A stretch of DNA of 64,000 nucleotides from Fibrobacteria bacterium (GCA_037447435.1 JBBIGR010000015.1:21283-85282), one strand, 5' to 3'; positions 9,696-20,691 are shown, numbered from the stretch's first letter. The notes: generated from the sequence alone by a model not told the origin. Numbers and translations: made by a program.

Positions 9696-10529
9696 TTACT
9701 CGGGTCGTTTAAAAGGTAGAATTTTCCCGGCGCTTCCGCGTTTTCGTTTTGAAGCCTCTTCAAGCGTTTCTTTTTCTTCTTTTGTTAAGGATTCGATGCC
9801 GCGGTCGGAAATCTTTTTCAGAATTCGATCGACGCGATTGTCATAGTTTTCCTTTTGCAGGGTTTCTTGGCGTGCGGCGGTTTTCGAACGTAAAGTCTGC
9901 GTGGTAATTTTCGCATTTTTAAGAAACGATGCGAAAAACGGAAATCCTTTTGCATAGAACACTCCCACAAGTATTCCGCCCAAATGGGTCAGATGCGAAA
10001 TGTTTCCCCACCCCTGCATAGACCCGAACAGTGAAACGGCGCTGAAAATGGCAACTGCGACCAAGACATTGACCGGTACGAGAAAAAAAAGAAGGATTTG
10101 GCGCTGCGGAAACATGAATGCATACACGGTAAGAAGCGCGATAACGGCGCCGGACGCGCCGATGACCGGTGTCATCCACGCAAACGGGCTGATGACGGTC
10201 AGCAAGCTTAACAAACCGGAACAAATCCCCGCCGTTAGGTAAAACCGTACGAACCGCCCGGTGCCCCAAAGTTCCTCGATTTCGGTCCCGAACATCCAGA
10301 GGGTAAGCATATTGAACAACAGATGAAACGGCCCGGCCGGATCGTGGAGAAAGGGATATGTCGCAAGACGCCAGATTTGCAAATGCCCAAAGGTTTGTTC
10401 AGGGATAAGGGAAAACCATTGGGTGAGCAGCGGCCCTAAGCCGGGGACCAGTTGCAAAATCCACACCGCAACCGAGGCAACAATAATACCGCGAACACCG
10501 CGGGGAACCGATTGGTAATTAAAGGCCAT
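9696..10529 (-). CDS. rhomboid family intramembrane serine protease
   Basis: WR motif, HLLFNM, GASGA catalytic Ser, HLGG catalytic His. Confidence 0.93.
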   Translation of the reverse strand: MAFNYQSVPRGVRGIIVASVAVWILQLVPGLGPLLTQWFSLIPEQTFGHLQIWRLATYPFLHDPAGPFHLLFNMLTLWMFGTEIEELWGTGRFVRFYLTAGICSGLLSLLTVISPFAWMTPVIGASGAVIALLTVYAFMFPQRQILLFFLVPVNVLVAVAIFSAVSLFGSMQGWGNISHLTHLGGILVGVFYAKGFPFFASFLKNAKITTQTLRSKTAARQETLQKENYDNRVDRILKKISDRGIESLTKEEKETLEEASKRKRGSAGKILPFKRPE

Positions 10530-11010
10530 TGTTCTGCCTGAATTTTTCCGCAAGCCGTGCGGCGACATGGTCGGGTACGAAACTGCTTACGTCGCCGCGG
10601 AAGCGGGCTATTTGCTTGACCAGCGTTGAGTTCAAATAAGTATATTTCGCACTTGCCATGAGGAAAACGGTTTCCGCATCCTCGTTTATATTCCTATTTG
10701 TAAAAGCCATCTGAAATTCGTATTCGAAATCCGACAATGCCCGAAGACCGCGAATGATCGCTGTCGCCTTATTTTCCACCAGGCAAGATGCGATAAGTCC
10801 GCGATAGACAATGACTGAAATATTGGGAACATCGCAAAACGCCTTTTTAGCCATTTCAAGGCGCTCCTGAACCGTAAACAACGGGTTTTTGCCCGGATTA
10901 TCGGCAATAACCGCTATTACATTGGTGAAAATTCCTGCGGCACGTTTTGCAATATCGATATGACCAAAGGTAATCGGATCAAATGTCCCGGGGTAAATAG
11001 CAATTGGCAT
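10519..11010 (-). CDS. coaD: pantetheine-phosphate adenylyltransferase
   Basis: YPGTFDPITFGH, RGLRALSDFEYE. Confidence 0.97.
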   Translation of the reverse strand: MPIAIYPGTFDPITFGHIDIAKRAAGIFTNVIAVIADNPGKNPLFTVQERLEMAKKAFCDVPNISVIVYRGLIASCLVENKATAIIRGLRALSDFEYEFQMAFTNRNINEDAETVFLMASAKYTYLNSTLVKQIARFRGDVSSFVPDHVAARLAEKFRQNNGL

Positions 11011-11110
11011 GGTAGATAACCTCCTGAATACGATTAAAATACGTTTTAGCGCTTACGGGCCGGTATAAAGAACAAATGGTTTTTTGGCAAAAAGTCGTCA
11101 TACGGGGTGT

Positions 11111-11145
11111 AAAAAAAAGAGGGTCCCGGCAAAGCCGGAACCCTC
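11111..11145 (-). terminator. rho-independent terminator
   Basis: GAGGGT-CCGGC/GCCGG-ACCCTC stem followed by U8 on the minus strand. Confidence 0.8.
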
Positions 11146-11169
11146 AAACGACAACGAAACATTTTACTT

Positions 11170-12063
11170 TTAATCGGCGATCTTCAGCGTAACCGTTCCG
11201 GCGCTGCCGGGCGTTTGCGCCGTGATATAAATGAGAGCGGTCGCACCCATTTCCGTTTTAGCAATGAAAACATCACCCAGCGAGCACTTGGCATATGGTG
11301 TCGGGCCGACGGGATCGGTCCAGAGCGCGGCGACTTGGGCCTTGGTGTAGATAGTGTCAAAAGCCGCTCCTGTAAAGTTCTGTAATTTGTAGAACACTGT
11401 TGTATTCGGGGTGCCTGTCCAGGTGCCGGTGAAATTCAAGCCGAGGGCCTTCGCCTTGTCCGGCGAGAAAAGATAGTCACCGTTTGGAATGCCATTAGCG
11501 CCGGAGGAATTGGCGTAACAGAGATCGATGACGGAAAGATTGGCAGCGGAATTCGAATCGGCATAGATCGCTGGCTCGTCCAAATCAATCGAGTTTCCTT
11601 GAAGAGACTGGTTCGAACCCGCGACAACGGATTCGGTATAAAGATCACCCGGCACGATAAAAGCGACGGAATCAGTGAAGGTTTTGCTGCCAATCATCGC
11701 AGTAAAAATGAGGTAGTGTTTTCCGGGAACTGCTCCGTGATGCGCATAAATTCTCGCTTGGGCATCAACCTTTAGGTCAACGACGGTCTTTTGCACGCAG
11801 GTGTCCAAAATCAGGAACAATGTCGAAACGTCGGATCCGTTCTTGTGAACGGTGAGGGTGTAGTTTGTAATCGTCGACGTTCCTGTCATGATGCCATTGA
11901 TTGTTCCGAAAGCACTGCTCACGTTATAAATGCTGTCGGGCGTCACCGCTAGGTTGCTGAAACTGACTGAATTGCCGGACGGGCTCGTAGGACTGGAGTC
12001 ATTGCACCCCGCGAAAAACGACACCGCCAAACCCAGACAAAGCAACGCCAATACCTTTTTCAT
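11170..12063 (-). CDS. hypothetical lipoprotein
   Basis: Lipobox FAGC after a hydrophobic stretch; beta-rich mature part. Confidence 0.75.
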   Translation of the reverse strand: MKKVLALLCLGLAVSFFAGCNDSSPTSPSGNSVSFSNLAVTPDSIYNVSSAFGTINGIMTGTSTITNYTLTVHKNGSDVSTLFLILDTCVQKTVVDLKVDAQARIYAHHGAVPGKHYLIFTAMIGSKTFTDSVAFIVPGDLYTESVVAGSNQSLQGNSIDLDEPAIYADSNSAANLSVIDLCYANSSGANGIPNGDYLFSPDKAKALGLNFTGTWTGTPNTTVFYKLQNFTGAAFDTIYTKAQVAALWTDPVGPTPYAKCSLGDVFIAKTEMGATALIYITAQTPGSAGTVTLKIAD

Positions 12064-12139
12064 AATGCATCCCCCTTCTTGGGAAAAATTTCATAACTGT
12101 TGTCGTGGAGCCCTGCCGACAGGAGTCGGCCGCGGATTG

Positions 12140-13915
12140 CTATTTGTTAATAGCCCGGGCAACGAAATTGCCAGGTTGGTCCTCGAAAAGAATCACTCCT
12201 TTTGCGTAAACCGGCGAATGTGTCAGCGCCTTTGCGGATACATTGCCGAGATACCGCCCTCTCAAATCAAATATTTTTCCGGCCACGCCCGCAGTCTGGT
12301 GCATGATTGCACTAGTCCTGCCTGCAAAGGCAACGCTTGTCCAGTTCTTGACAGGTACAAAATTGTCAAACACCGTCATTCTGGTCGTGCTCACGGTGCT
12401 TCTCTGCCAGGTTACGAGTCCGTCGGTGGTATACCATTTCAAGCCCATGCGGTCGAACCGGCTGCCCAGCGGGGCGAGCCTGGTCGCCAAGTCGGTCCAG
12501 CCTGCGGCTGTATTGCTGCCGGTTGGTATCCACCCGACTTCCGCCACTGATGCCAACCGCGGCCAGATCTGCTGGTCGGGGTAACTTGCATTGATGTAGA
12601 GGTATTCGCCCCAGACCAGGCCATCGAGACCGCGCGAGGTCGCTCCAGCCAGGTTCATCGGTGTATTATAAATTGTCTGCAGGGTGTTGACGGTGTTCCA
12701 CGTTGCACAATTCGCCTGGCCGGCTTTATTGCAATAATCAAGGAACAGATCGAACTCCCATGAAACCACATCGCCGGGCAGGCGGGTATGAAGATATGGT
12801 TCGACAAGCGTGGTCGCATCCTGATATATCACCTGTCCGTTGTAGGTCCCGGAAATTTCGCCCCACCCCATCATCATTTTTCCGGCTGCCCTGACTCTTT
12901 TCTCAGCCAGTCTGACAAAGGGAGTATAATCCGCGATTGGAGTCGCAGCTTCGTCCCCGCCCATATGAATGTAGTTGGATGTTGTAAAAACCGAAGCGCA
13001 CACCCTGAAGCATTCGCTTATAAGCGAGTCGACTTCCGGAATGGCCGATGAACCGCATTTAAAATAGGCGCCGTTCGCGGTGACTATGCAATAGTTTGGG
13101 TAGGCTGTTGCCGCTGCCCTGCAATGTCCCGGCATTTCAATTTCCGGAAGAACCGTGATGTGGCGAAGTGCGCAATATTGGACAAGTGAGCGCAGTTCAT
13201 CCTGAGTGTAATACCAGCGAGTCCCGGCCGGAGGCTTTACACCGCCTGCTTCACTCGCAGCGCCCACGGTCGTCAGGTTCGGGTACTTGGGGATCTCAAT
13301 TCGCCACCCCTCATCGTCGGTCAGGTGCAGGTGTAGCACATTCATCTTAAACAGAGACATGCGGTCAGCCTGTTTGCGGAGTTCATCCAGGGTTATCCAG
13401 GTCCGGGCAGGATCAAGCAGGACCGAGCGCCAGGGATAGCGCGGTCTATCGGTAATGGCTACGGCATCCAGGGTAATGATTGCCGGAACCTGGGCCGGTG
13501 TTTTCAGCTCCGCCTCAGGCGGGAACATTTGCCGAAGCGTTTGAATCGCGTAAAACTGTCCGGTCGAGGTGGGGGCCGTGATTGCCACACCCGTCGACGT
13601 CACAATAAGCGAATAGCCTTCTGCGCCGAATCCCGCGGTATCCTGAATAAAGGTGACCGTAAATTGCGCACTGTTCTTATCGGTGACGACGGTTACTTTT
13701 TTGTTGGACTGGACGAGAAGTTCACTCAACCACGCCACTGCCGTATCTGAATTTGCATCACCCCAAATTGTAACATTTGCCGGGACGGTAAATGCCCCAG
13801 TTCCAAGGGTCAATGTTTTAGGCTTGGGAACGATGTTAACGGCAGAGAAAGAGCTCATCGGAAACAGCAGTATCGCCATTATCGCAGGAAAATACCACCT
13901 CATACCATTGTGCAT
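12140..13915 (-). CDS. beta-N-acetylhexosaminidase, GH20, with C-terminal sorting-like domain
   Basis: DRPRYPWR, HLHLTDDEGWR, PEIEMPGH, catalytic HMGGDE; C-terminal IFDLRGR; start may be 13936. Confidence 0.92.
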   Translation of the reverse strand: MHNGMRWYFPAIMAILLFPMSSFSAVNIVPKPKTLTLGTGAFTVPANVTIWGDANSDTAVAWLSELLVQSNKKVTVVTDKNSAQFTVTFIQDTAGFGAEGYSLIVTSTGVAITAPTSTGQFYAIQTLRQMFPPEAELKTPAQVPAIITLDAVAITDRPRYPWRSVLLDPARTWITLDELRKQADRMSLFKMNVLHLHLTDDEGWRIEIPKYPNLTTVGAASEAGGVKPPAGTRWYYTQDELRSLVQYCALRHITVLPEIEMPGHCRAAATAYPNYCIVTANGAYFKCGSSAIPEVDSLISECFRVCASVFTTSNYIHMGGDEAATPIADYTPFVRLAEKRVRAAGKMMMGWGEISGTYNGQVIYQDATTLVEPYLHTRLPGDVVSWEFDLFLDYCNKAGQANCATWNTVNTLQTIYNTPMNLAGATSRGLDGLVWGEYLYINASYPDQQIWPRLASVAEVGWIPTGSNTAAGWTDLATRLAPLGSRFDRMGLKWYTTDGLVTWQRSTVSTTRMTVFDNFVPVKNWTSVAFAGRTSAIMHQTAGVAGKIFDLRGRYLGNVSAKALTHSPVYAKGVILFEDQPGNFVARAINK

Positions 13916-14018
13916 AGCGTTGCCCCCCTGATTCATTTGTTTGCAAAAACTGAGTAGTTTACCACTCCATTGAACTTAATAAGCTTATAAATATAATAAG
14001 CGCTTCAAATCAAGCGTT

Positions 14019-14582
14019 TCAAAACCCGGAACTCTTCCTGAGGAGGTATTCCACCGCAGTGTCCCCGTACTCGCGTGTTTCACGCTCGACGGAAATGTGG
14101 CCGAAGAGGGTTTCGGGCATTTTATAGTCGCGTTTTCTTTCGTAAATCAACACGCCGTCATTTGCAACAAGGCCCATGATGCCGGGGATCAAGGATTGTA
14201 ATGCGGGATCGTCATACGGCGGATCGTAAAAAACGATATCGTATGTTTCTTTGCAGGAAGGCACGAATCTCTGCGCCTCGGAACGGATGACTTTGCACAG
14301 ATCGTCTATGCCGAACAGTTTTACATGGGTTTGGATGCAGGCAACCCGTGCGGCATCGGTTTCCACAAAATCAACATGTCCGGCGCCGCGGCTTGCCATT
14401 TCGATGCCGAACGCGCCGCTGCCGGCGCACAAATCGAGCACGCGGGCATCGCAAATACGGTGTTGGATTTTATCCGCAATGGAAATGCGCACCCGTTCCT
14501 GCGTAGGCCTGAAATCCGTAGCCCGTTTATCTACCGAAATATACCGTCGTCCCAATGATCCCGAAACAATACGAAGTTTCAT
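14019..14582 (-). CDS. rsmD: 16S rRNA (guanine966-N2)-methyltransferase
   Basis: RPTQERVR, LDLCAGSG, DPPY. Confidence 0.88.
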   Translation of the reverse strand: MKLRIVSGSLGRRYISVDKRATDFRPTQERVRISIADKIQHRICDARVLDLCAGSGAFGIEMASRGAGHVDFVETDAARVACIQTHVKLFGIDDLCKVIRSEAQRFVPSCKETYDIVFYDPPYDDPALQSLIPGIMGLVANDGVLIYERKRDYKMPETLFGHISVERETREYGDTAVEYLLRKSSGF

Positions 14583-14585
14583 GGA

Positions 14586-15512
14586 TCATTGCTGAGTGGT
14601 TATAATGATGTGGCAATCCATTTTCAAATTCGCACCCGTAAGGGCTATGAGGGAAATTTTCGTAAAAGCGCATTTGGCGTTTGCCTGGTACACTTTGCTC
14701 ACCAGCGAAACAAAATTCTTATACGTTCCGTTTCCTGTCCAATGATACTGGTGTCGGTAAAATCCCCCTATTTTTTCGGAAGATATTTTTTTAAGCCCCT
14801 CGGGAATGCTGATGCCGCTTTGCTTGGCAAGGTCCTCGAAAGACGAAACCAGTTGCGGGAGTTTGTCGTTTACTGTAAACGGCGCATCGATGACCGGTTC
14901 GGTAAGATTCAGACCGAATTCAAGCTTGCAGGAAAACGCGAATTTGAAGCTTTTGCCGTCGTTGGGCTTGATAAAGGAATACGGCGGCGGCAGTATTTCG
15001 ACATTTTCATTTTTAAACGACGTAACCATTCCCTGAATAAGCTCTTTGCTCGACCCGATGCCGACGGCATACAACGTTTGATAATTATCCATATCGAGCG
15101 AACGGAGACCGATGCCTGCGGGAACCGCTTTGCCGAGCAACTCCGTGACATGTTTCGCAAACAGGATTTCGTAATTTATTTTTTCCGTAAACGAAAGCTC
15201 TGCGTACGGTAAAGACAGGACGCCCGATTGCGTGAGTTTCTGATTGGCATCGCTTACTTCTTTGACAACTTCTTCGACGATATATTGCTGAGAGTACGTG
15301 GAAGGCGCGCTCTCTTTCTTGACGGCGTATTCGTGCGTTTCCTGCTTGACGGGCTTAGGGAAAATAACCGACCGTAATTTCCATACTGTAAATCCTGCAC
15401 CGCCCACAACCAGCGCAATGCCGCAGACGATGACAAGCGGCAGTATATTCAATTTCTTTTTCGCGCGTTTGCGTTTTTTCTGCGGTTCTTTCAGCAGGTT
15501 GATGCGTATCAT
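14586..15512 (-). CDS. PilN-like (possibly PilN/PilO-like) membrane protein
   Basis: MIRINLL start, basic stretch, one TM; overlaps the stop of the PilM-like gene. Confidence 0.6.
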   Translation of the reverse strand: MIRINLLKEPQKKRKRAKKKLNILPLVIVCGIALVVGGAGFTVWKLRSVIFPKPVKQETHEYAVKKESAPSTYSQQYIVEEVVKEVSDANQKLTQSGVLSLPYAELSFTEKINYEILFAKHVTELLGKAVPAGIGLRSLDMDNYQTLYAVGIGSSKELIQGMVTSFKNENVEILPPPYSFIKPNDGKSFKFAFSCKLEFGLNLTEPVIDAPFTVNDKLPQLVSSFEDLAKQSGISIPEGLKKISSEKIGGFYRHQYHWTGNGTYKNFVSLVSKVYQANAKCAFTKISLIALTGANLKMDCHIIITTQQ

Positions 15513-16417
15513 TTCGCACCCCGGATCGCGCAGCCGACCGCAACTGCCAAAAATGGAATGCATTGTTTCATATCGGCTTCGGGAATATTTACCGTCGCCT
15601 TTATGGATGCCAACGGATTGAGCATCTGTGCATTGCCGAGCCGTGAAAAAACAACATCGCTGAATTGGGGCCTACCGAACACAGAACCGGTGCAGAAAAT
15701 GGGAAACGTGGCCGGTTGCGAAAGCGAAACAAAACTTTGTTCAACAGCTTCATTTATCAAATCGGCATACGCTTCGGGCGCCGAAAGCCCGGCGTTATGG
15801 TCGATGATGTCGAAATCCAAAAACGATCCGTTTTGCGTCACGATGATGCTTGTCGCATGATCTTTTCCGTGAACGATGATTGCGGGGGCCGATACGAAAT
15901 CGCCGTAATTTGCTTCGAAGACGTTTACCAATGCAAAAATGTCGAGATCGACGGCGAGCGGATTCAATTTACCGGCTTTGAGCAAGGCCGCCATTTTTTG
16001 CACGCCGGAATTTTTGTAGGCAGCCGCAATGTACCAGTCGACCTCGGTATCGCTTGTTGGGCGGCACGGTTCAAAATCAAACGCATAATCGTCGATCGAG
16101 CCGATGATTTGCTGCGACAATTCCCATTCGATGGTATCGCGCAGATCCGCGTTTTTTTTATCGACCATAAGTTTCTTGACAATAGCAAAATCCAGAGGCA
16201 GTGCCGCGACGGCGTCCTGTCCTTCGGCCTGCATTTTCGAAATGAGCTTTTTAAGGCTTTGTTTTATATAGGATTGATCGGATGCCGAAGACTGGGATTC
16301 GTCTATAGGCGATATGGCGACATTTAAAATGCTTTGCGAGGAAGGTGAATACTGCGCAATGCTGATATGGTCTTTTTTTATGTCGATGCCGTTAACGCAA
16401 TCGCCGCGTGGCGCCAT
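15509..16417 (-). CDS. type IV pilus assembly PilM-like protein
   Basis: GIDI N-terminus, AVDLDIFAL, AVAVGCAIRG C-terminus. Confidence 0.75.
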   Translation of the reverse strand: MAPRGDCVNGIDIKKDHISIAQYSPSSQSILNVAISPIDESQSSASDQSYIKQSLKKLISKMQAEGQDAVAALPLDFAIVKKLMVDKKNADLRDTIEWELSQQIIGSIDDYAFDFEPCRPTSDTEVDWYIAAAYKNSGVQKMAALLKAGKLNPLAVDLDIFALVNVFEANYGDFVSAPAIIVHGKDHATSIIVTQNGSFLDFDIIDHNAGLSAPEAYADLINEAVEQSFVSLSQPATFPIFCTGSVFGRPQFSDVVFSRLGNAQMLNPLASIKATVNIPEADMKQCIPFLAVAVGCAIRGAK

Positions 16418-16692
16418 AGTTCACCAAATCTAATTGTGTAGCTGCAAATGCAAAAAAAAAAGAAAGGGTTAGTCCTTTGTTATAAAATGCGTCATTTTTC
16501 CCCATAATGCAACAATCTCGATAGATTGGTGAATTTTTCCGGAAGCCGCTTCCCGTGTGGATGTGACCCGGCAAGGGGAATTTTGATCCCGCGATTGCAC
16601 GGAGTATATTGATCGCCGATATATTCAGGATTATATTTTTCCGTTTCCTGCGGTTTTTGAAATCAAGTTTTACTACTAATAAGGATTTAAAG

Positions 16693-17508
16693 ATGGAAGG
16701 CATTTCAAGTTTCGGCCGATTATTGGACAAAGTCAAAGAGAAAAACCCATTGGTGCATCAAATTACCAATTATGTAACGGTAAACGACTGCGCCAATATC
16801 GTTCTTGCTTTGGGAGGTTCGCCGGTGATGGCCGACGATGAAACGGAAGTTGAGGAAATGGTATCGATAGCTTCTGCCCTGGTGATCAATATTGGAACAT
16901 TGAACGGGCGCACGATAAAATCAATGCTTTTAGCCGGCAAAAAAGCAAATGAGGTCGGGGTGCCGGTAATTCTGGATCCCGTAGGAGTGGGCGCCACTGC
17001 TTTAAGAACCGATACTGCAAAAAGACTTATCAAGGAAATTCGACTGTCGATTTTGCGGGGCAATTTGTCGGAAATCAAAACAATAGCGGGTTTGGAAACA
17101 AAAACCAGAGGCGTCGACAGCGTCGACGCCCAAAACGCCGGCACGACGAACGTTGCCCAAATCGTGGCGAAAGAATTGCATTGTACCGTAGCAATAACCG
17201 GTAAGCAAGATGTTGTTTCCGACGGGAAAAGAACGGGCCTGATCGATAACGGTCATCCGATATTATCGAAAGTCACGGGCACGGGGTGTATGGCAACCGC
17301 ATTGATCGGCTGTTACGCCGGCGTGACCGACAACGCGTTTCTCGCTTCATGCGCCGGAATAATAACCATGGGGTTGGCGGGAGAAAAAGCCCGGGCTGCC
17401 ATAGGGGACCCGGCGGGAATCGGCAGTTTTAAAGTTGCTCTTTTTGACTCGATTTATAAATTGACATCGCAAGACCTTATAAACGGCAGTAAGTTTCATG
17501 AAAGCTAG
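16693..17508 (+). CDS. thiM: hydroxyethylthiazole kinase
   Basis: [32 protein letters not shown]; start placed at MEGISS. Confidence 0.96.
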   Translation: MEGISSFGRLLDKVKEKNPLVHQITNYVTVNDCANIVLALGGSPVMADDETEVEEMVSIASALVINIGTLNGRTIKSMLLAGKKANEVGVPVILDPVGVGATALRTDTAKRLIKEIRLSILRGNLSEIKTIAGLETKTRGVDSVDAQNAGTTNVAQIVAKELHCTVAITGKQDVVSDGKRTGLIDNGHPILSKVTGTGCMATALIGCYAGVTDNAFLASCAGIITMGLAGEKARAAIGDPAGIGSFKVALFDSIYKLTSQDLINGSKFHES

Positions 17509-18151
17509 CAAACCGATAGATTATTCACTGTATCTGGTTACCGATAGAAAATTATTAAAAGGAAACAACCTTCTCGGCAGTATTGAAGAGGCGATTACGG
17601 GCGGTGTTACCATAATCCAACTGCGTGAGAAGGACTGCTGTACCCGTGATTTTTTTGATGTTGCCCTCAAAGTCAAAACAATAACGGATTCCCATAATAT
17701 CCCGCTCATCATCAACGACCGTTTAGACATTGCCTTGGCGGTAAACGCCGCCGGACTTCATATCGGTCAAGATGATATGCCGGCAAAAATCGCACGAAAG
17801 CTTTTAGGGCCGGCTAAAATCCTGGGAGTTTCGGCCTCGACGCTCGAAGAGGCGATAACGGCCCAGATAGACGGCGCGGATTATTGCGGCGTCGGGGCTA
17901 TTTTCCCCACCGGCTCAAAACACGATGCCCGGCAGGTACCGTTGGAAACATTACGGCAGATTAAAGCCCGTCTCACCATCCCTATTGTCGCTATCGGCGG
18001 CATCAATCAAAATAATGCACGAACGGTTTTACAGGAAAAGGTCGACGGCATAGCAGTAATATCGGCGATTCTTTGCGAACAAGATTGTCGGAAAGCTGCG
18101 GAAAACCTGGGGAAAATAGTTCGGTCGGAAATCCGGGAAAAATGCGTTTAA
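17498..18151 (+). CDS. thiE: thiamine-phosphate synthase
   Basis: [24 protein letters not shown]. Confidence 0.96.
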   Translation: MKASKPIDYSLYLVTDRKLLKGNNLLGSIEEAITGGVTIIQLREKDCCTRDFFDVALKVKTITDSHNIPLIINDRLDIALAVNAAGLHIGQDDMPAKIARKLLGPAKILGVSASTLEEAITAQIDGADYCGVGAIFPTGSKHDARQVPLETLRQIKARLTIPIVAIGGINQNNARTVLQEKVDGIAVISAILCEQDCRKAAENLGKIVRSEIREKCV

Positions 18152-18154
18152 GGC

Positions 18155-19627
18155 CTATTGGCCGAGCAGCAGGATTTCCTGAAATGTGTCTACAATGACC
18201 GGATCAAATTGTTTTCCTTTACCGCTTGTTAATATTTCCAATGCGGTTTGCTGGGAAAGCGATCGCCGGTACGGCCGGTCGGACGTCATGGCCTCGTACG
18301 CGTCGGCAACGGAAAGTATCCTTGCGCCGAACGGGATCTGGTCGCCCCGAATGCCGTCGGGATACCCATTGCCGTCGAAAAACTCGTGATGGTGAAGTAC
18401 CATAGGAACCAGGGGCCGCAAAAACGGGACATCCGCAATTATATTGGCTCCCAAAGACGGATGCCGTTTGATTTCGTCGAATTCAGATGGTGTCAAGCGC
18501 CCGGGCTTGTTGAGAATGAGTTCGCTCACCCCTATTTTCCCGATATCGTGCAACAGCCCCGCATACTTGACATTTTCAAGTTCTGCGTCGGGCAATCCGA
18601 GCCTTTTGGCCAGGACAACGGTGTATTTCATGACATTTTCCGAATGGCCGTGCGTATAACGGTCTTTTGCTTCCACGGCGAGGGCGAATCCGCGGACGGT
18701 TTTGAGGTAATTGTCCCTGATGTTTTGATACAGCCGCACGTTTTCGATGGAGATGCTTGCCTGCGACGCCAGGACATTGATGATTTCCAAATCGACATTC
18801 GAGAATGAATTCTTTTCCCGCAACCGGATAAGATTGAGAACGCCGACGGTTCGTTGCGGCGTTTTGAGCGGGAACGCGATATACGACCGGATAGAGGGGG
18901 GCAAATCGGGAAAATCGTTAAACGGTTTTTCTTCATCCGCTTCGACCACCAGCGGCTCTTCGTTATGCGCAACCCAATGCGAGGCGGCGACAAAGGCATG
19001 TTGTTGCCAGAACTCGAGCGATTGCCGCTCCGACTTTTCTTCGATAATTAATTGTGAAGCTTCGTTGCAGGACATGAGGCATCCGCCGTCGGCCTTGGCG
19101 ATTTTCACCGCATAATCCAACGCCTTATGATTAAGTTCCGGTAACTGCAGGGTGGAAGCAAGGATTTTGGTCACTTCATGCAACGAAACAAGCTTGGAAA
19201 AAAGAAGGTTTTCTTCTTCAAGTTGCTTATTAATAAGAGCGCGTTTGATTTTTTCCGCAAGTTCTTCGAGATGAAAGGGTTTCGTCAAATAATCGAATGC
19301 GCCAAGTTTTAACGCTTCTATTGCGGTATCGAGGGTCGGAAATCCGGTCGTGACCAAAACAGGCAACGACCGGTTGAATTCGCGCACCCATTTGAGCAAT
19401 TCCACGCCGGACATTCCGGGCATCTTGATATCGGATAATACCAGGTCGATCCGGGCTTTCTGGATGATTTCGATCGCAGCCTCGGCGCTCGGCGCGCATG
19501 AAACCGCATAGCCTTTCATGCGTAAATATTGCCCGACAATATCGCTTATGGATTTTTCATCGTCAACGACAAGCAGATGAACGTCGTCGGGACGGGCGCT
19601 ATCCATAGTTTCAAACTCAGTTGCCAT
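18155..19627 (-). CDS. response regulator with REC-GAF-HD-GYP domains (c-di-GMP phosphodiesterase)
   Basis: VVDDE, DIKMPG, KPF; GAF; HDIGK, HHE, GYP. Confidence 0.93.
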   Translation of the reverse strand: MATEFETMDSARPDDVHLLVVDDEKSISDIVGQYLRMKGYAVSCAPSAEAAIEIIQKARIDLVLSDIKMPGMSGVELLKWVREFNRSLPVLVTTGFPTLDTAIEALKLGAFDYLTKPFHLEELAEKIKRALINKQLEEENLLFSKLVSLHEVTKILASTLQLPELNHKALDYAVKIAKADGGCLMSCNEASQLIIEEKSERQSLEFWQQHAFVAASHWVAHNEEPLVVEADEEKPFNDFPDLPPSIRSYIAFPLKTPQRTVGVLNLIRLREKNSFSNVDLEIINVLASQASISIENVRLYQNIRDNYLKTVRGFALAVEAKDRYTHGHSENVMKYTVVLAKRLGLPDAELENVKYAGLLHDIGKIGVSELILNKPGRLTPSEFDEIKRHPSLGANIIADVPFLRPLVPMVLHHHEFFDGNGYPDGIRGDQIPFGARILSVADAYEAMTSDRPYRRSLSQQTALEILTSGKGKQFDPVIVDTFQEILLLGQ

Positions 19628-19629
19628 TG

Positions 19630-20364
19630 TTAGGCCGGTCCTTCCGCTCGCTTCCGAAATGCTGCCAGGTCTTGGGGCGTGTCGATGCCGCAACCTTTAT
19701 ATTTTGTAATGATACAATGGATATGCATTCCATTTTCCAATGCCCTTAATTGTTCGAGCTTTTCACGCTGTTCAAGCACACCCGGTTCAAAACTGCAAAA
19801 ACGGTCCAAGGATGTTTTCGTAAACCCGTAAATCCCCCAATGCGTCAAGAGATCGTTATGAATAGCGTCGCGGTCGTACGGGATGGGAGCGCGTGAAAAA
19901 TAAAGGGCCTGCCCATTTTTTGCACATACCGCTTTTACGACATTCGGGTTTTCCTTGTCCTTTATTGTAGCATTGGACACGCAGGTAAGCAAGGAATTAT
20001 CGTCAAGCTCACGGAGTTTTCCAACGAATTCTTTCAAAAGATCCGGCGGCATAAGCGGTTCATCACCCTGCAAATTGGCAATAAGGGGGGCACTGAAACG
20101 AGTAGCCACTTCATGCACTCTATCTGTCCCGGAACAATGGTTCGGCGAAGTCATTTCGGACATGCCCCCGAAACGCAATACCGTTTCATGGATGCGTATA
20201 TCGTCGGTGGCTACACAAACTCGGGAAAAAACGTTCGCAGCCATTGCGGCATTGTATGCCCACATAATCAGCGGCAAATCCTTTATCAGGGACAATGGTT
20301 TCGCAGGTAGCCTGGTCGACGCATACCGCGCAGGAATGACGCAAAGGATTTCTTTTTTTTCCAT
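19630..20364 (-). CDS. kdsB: 3-deoxy-manno-octulosonate cytidylyltransferase
   Basis: IPARYASTRLPAKPL, NLQGDEP, LEQLRALE. Confidence 0.96.
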   Translation of the reverse strand: MEKKEILCVIPARYASTRLPAKPLSLIKDLPLIMWAYNAAMAANVFSRVCVATDDIRIHETVLRFGGMSEMTSPNHCSGTDRVHEVATRFSAPLIANLQGDEPLMPPDLLKEFVGKLRELDDNSLLTCVSNATIKDKENPNVVKAVCAKNGQALYFSRAPIPYDRDAIHNDLLTHWGIYGFTKTSLDRFCSFEPGVLEQREKLEQLRALENGMHIHCIITKYKGCGIDTPQDLAAFRKRAEGPA

Positions 20365-20374
20365 AACGCCGATT

Positions 20375-20662
20375 TTACTGTTGTATCACTTTGGGCACTG
20401 CAAAATGATTGTTGGTGACTTTGGGGCCATTGGCAAGTAAATCCGCAGGTTGCATGGAAGGCATTTCGACATCGTCGCGCAACGGGTCGTGTACCGGTGC
20501 GACGAATGCCGTCGGTTCGATGTTCGACGTATCGATGGCATTAAGCTGTTCGACATACGTCAGTATGGACCCAAGCTGATGAGTAAGCGATTCCGTCTCA
20601 TTTTCCGATACCGAAAGGCGTGCCAATGAGGCGATATGCGTAACGACATTTTTATCGATCAT
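20375..20662 (-). CDS. gatC: Asp/Glu-tRNA amidotransferase subunit C
   Basis: VTHIASLARL, LRDD, FAVPKVI. Confidence 0.93.
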   Translation of the reverse strand: MIDKNVVTHIASLARLSVSENETESLTHQLGSILTYVEQLNAIDTSNIEPTAFVAPVHDPLRDDVEMPSMQPADLLANGPKVTNNHFAVPKVIQQ

Positions 20663-20691
20663 GATATTCCCTCTTTTAAAGCCGGTGTATG

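Noticed and set aside
11609..11621. GGTTCGAACCC T-loop-like tRNA motif
   Set aside because: Inside a coding region with no cloverleaf
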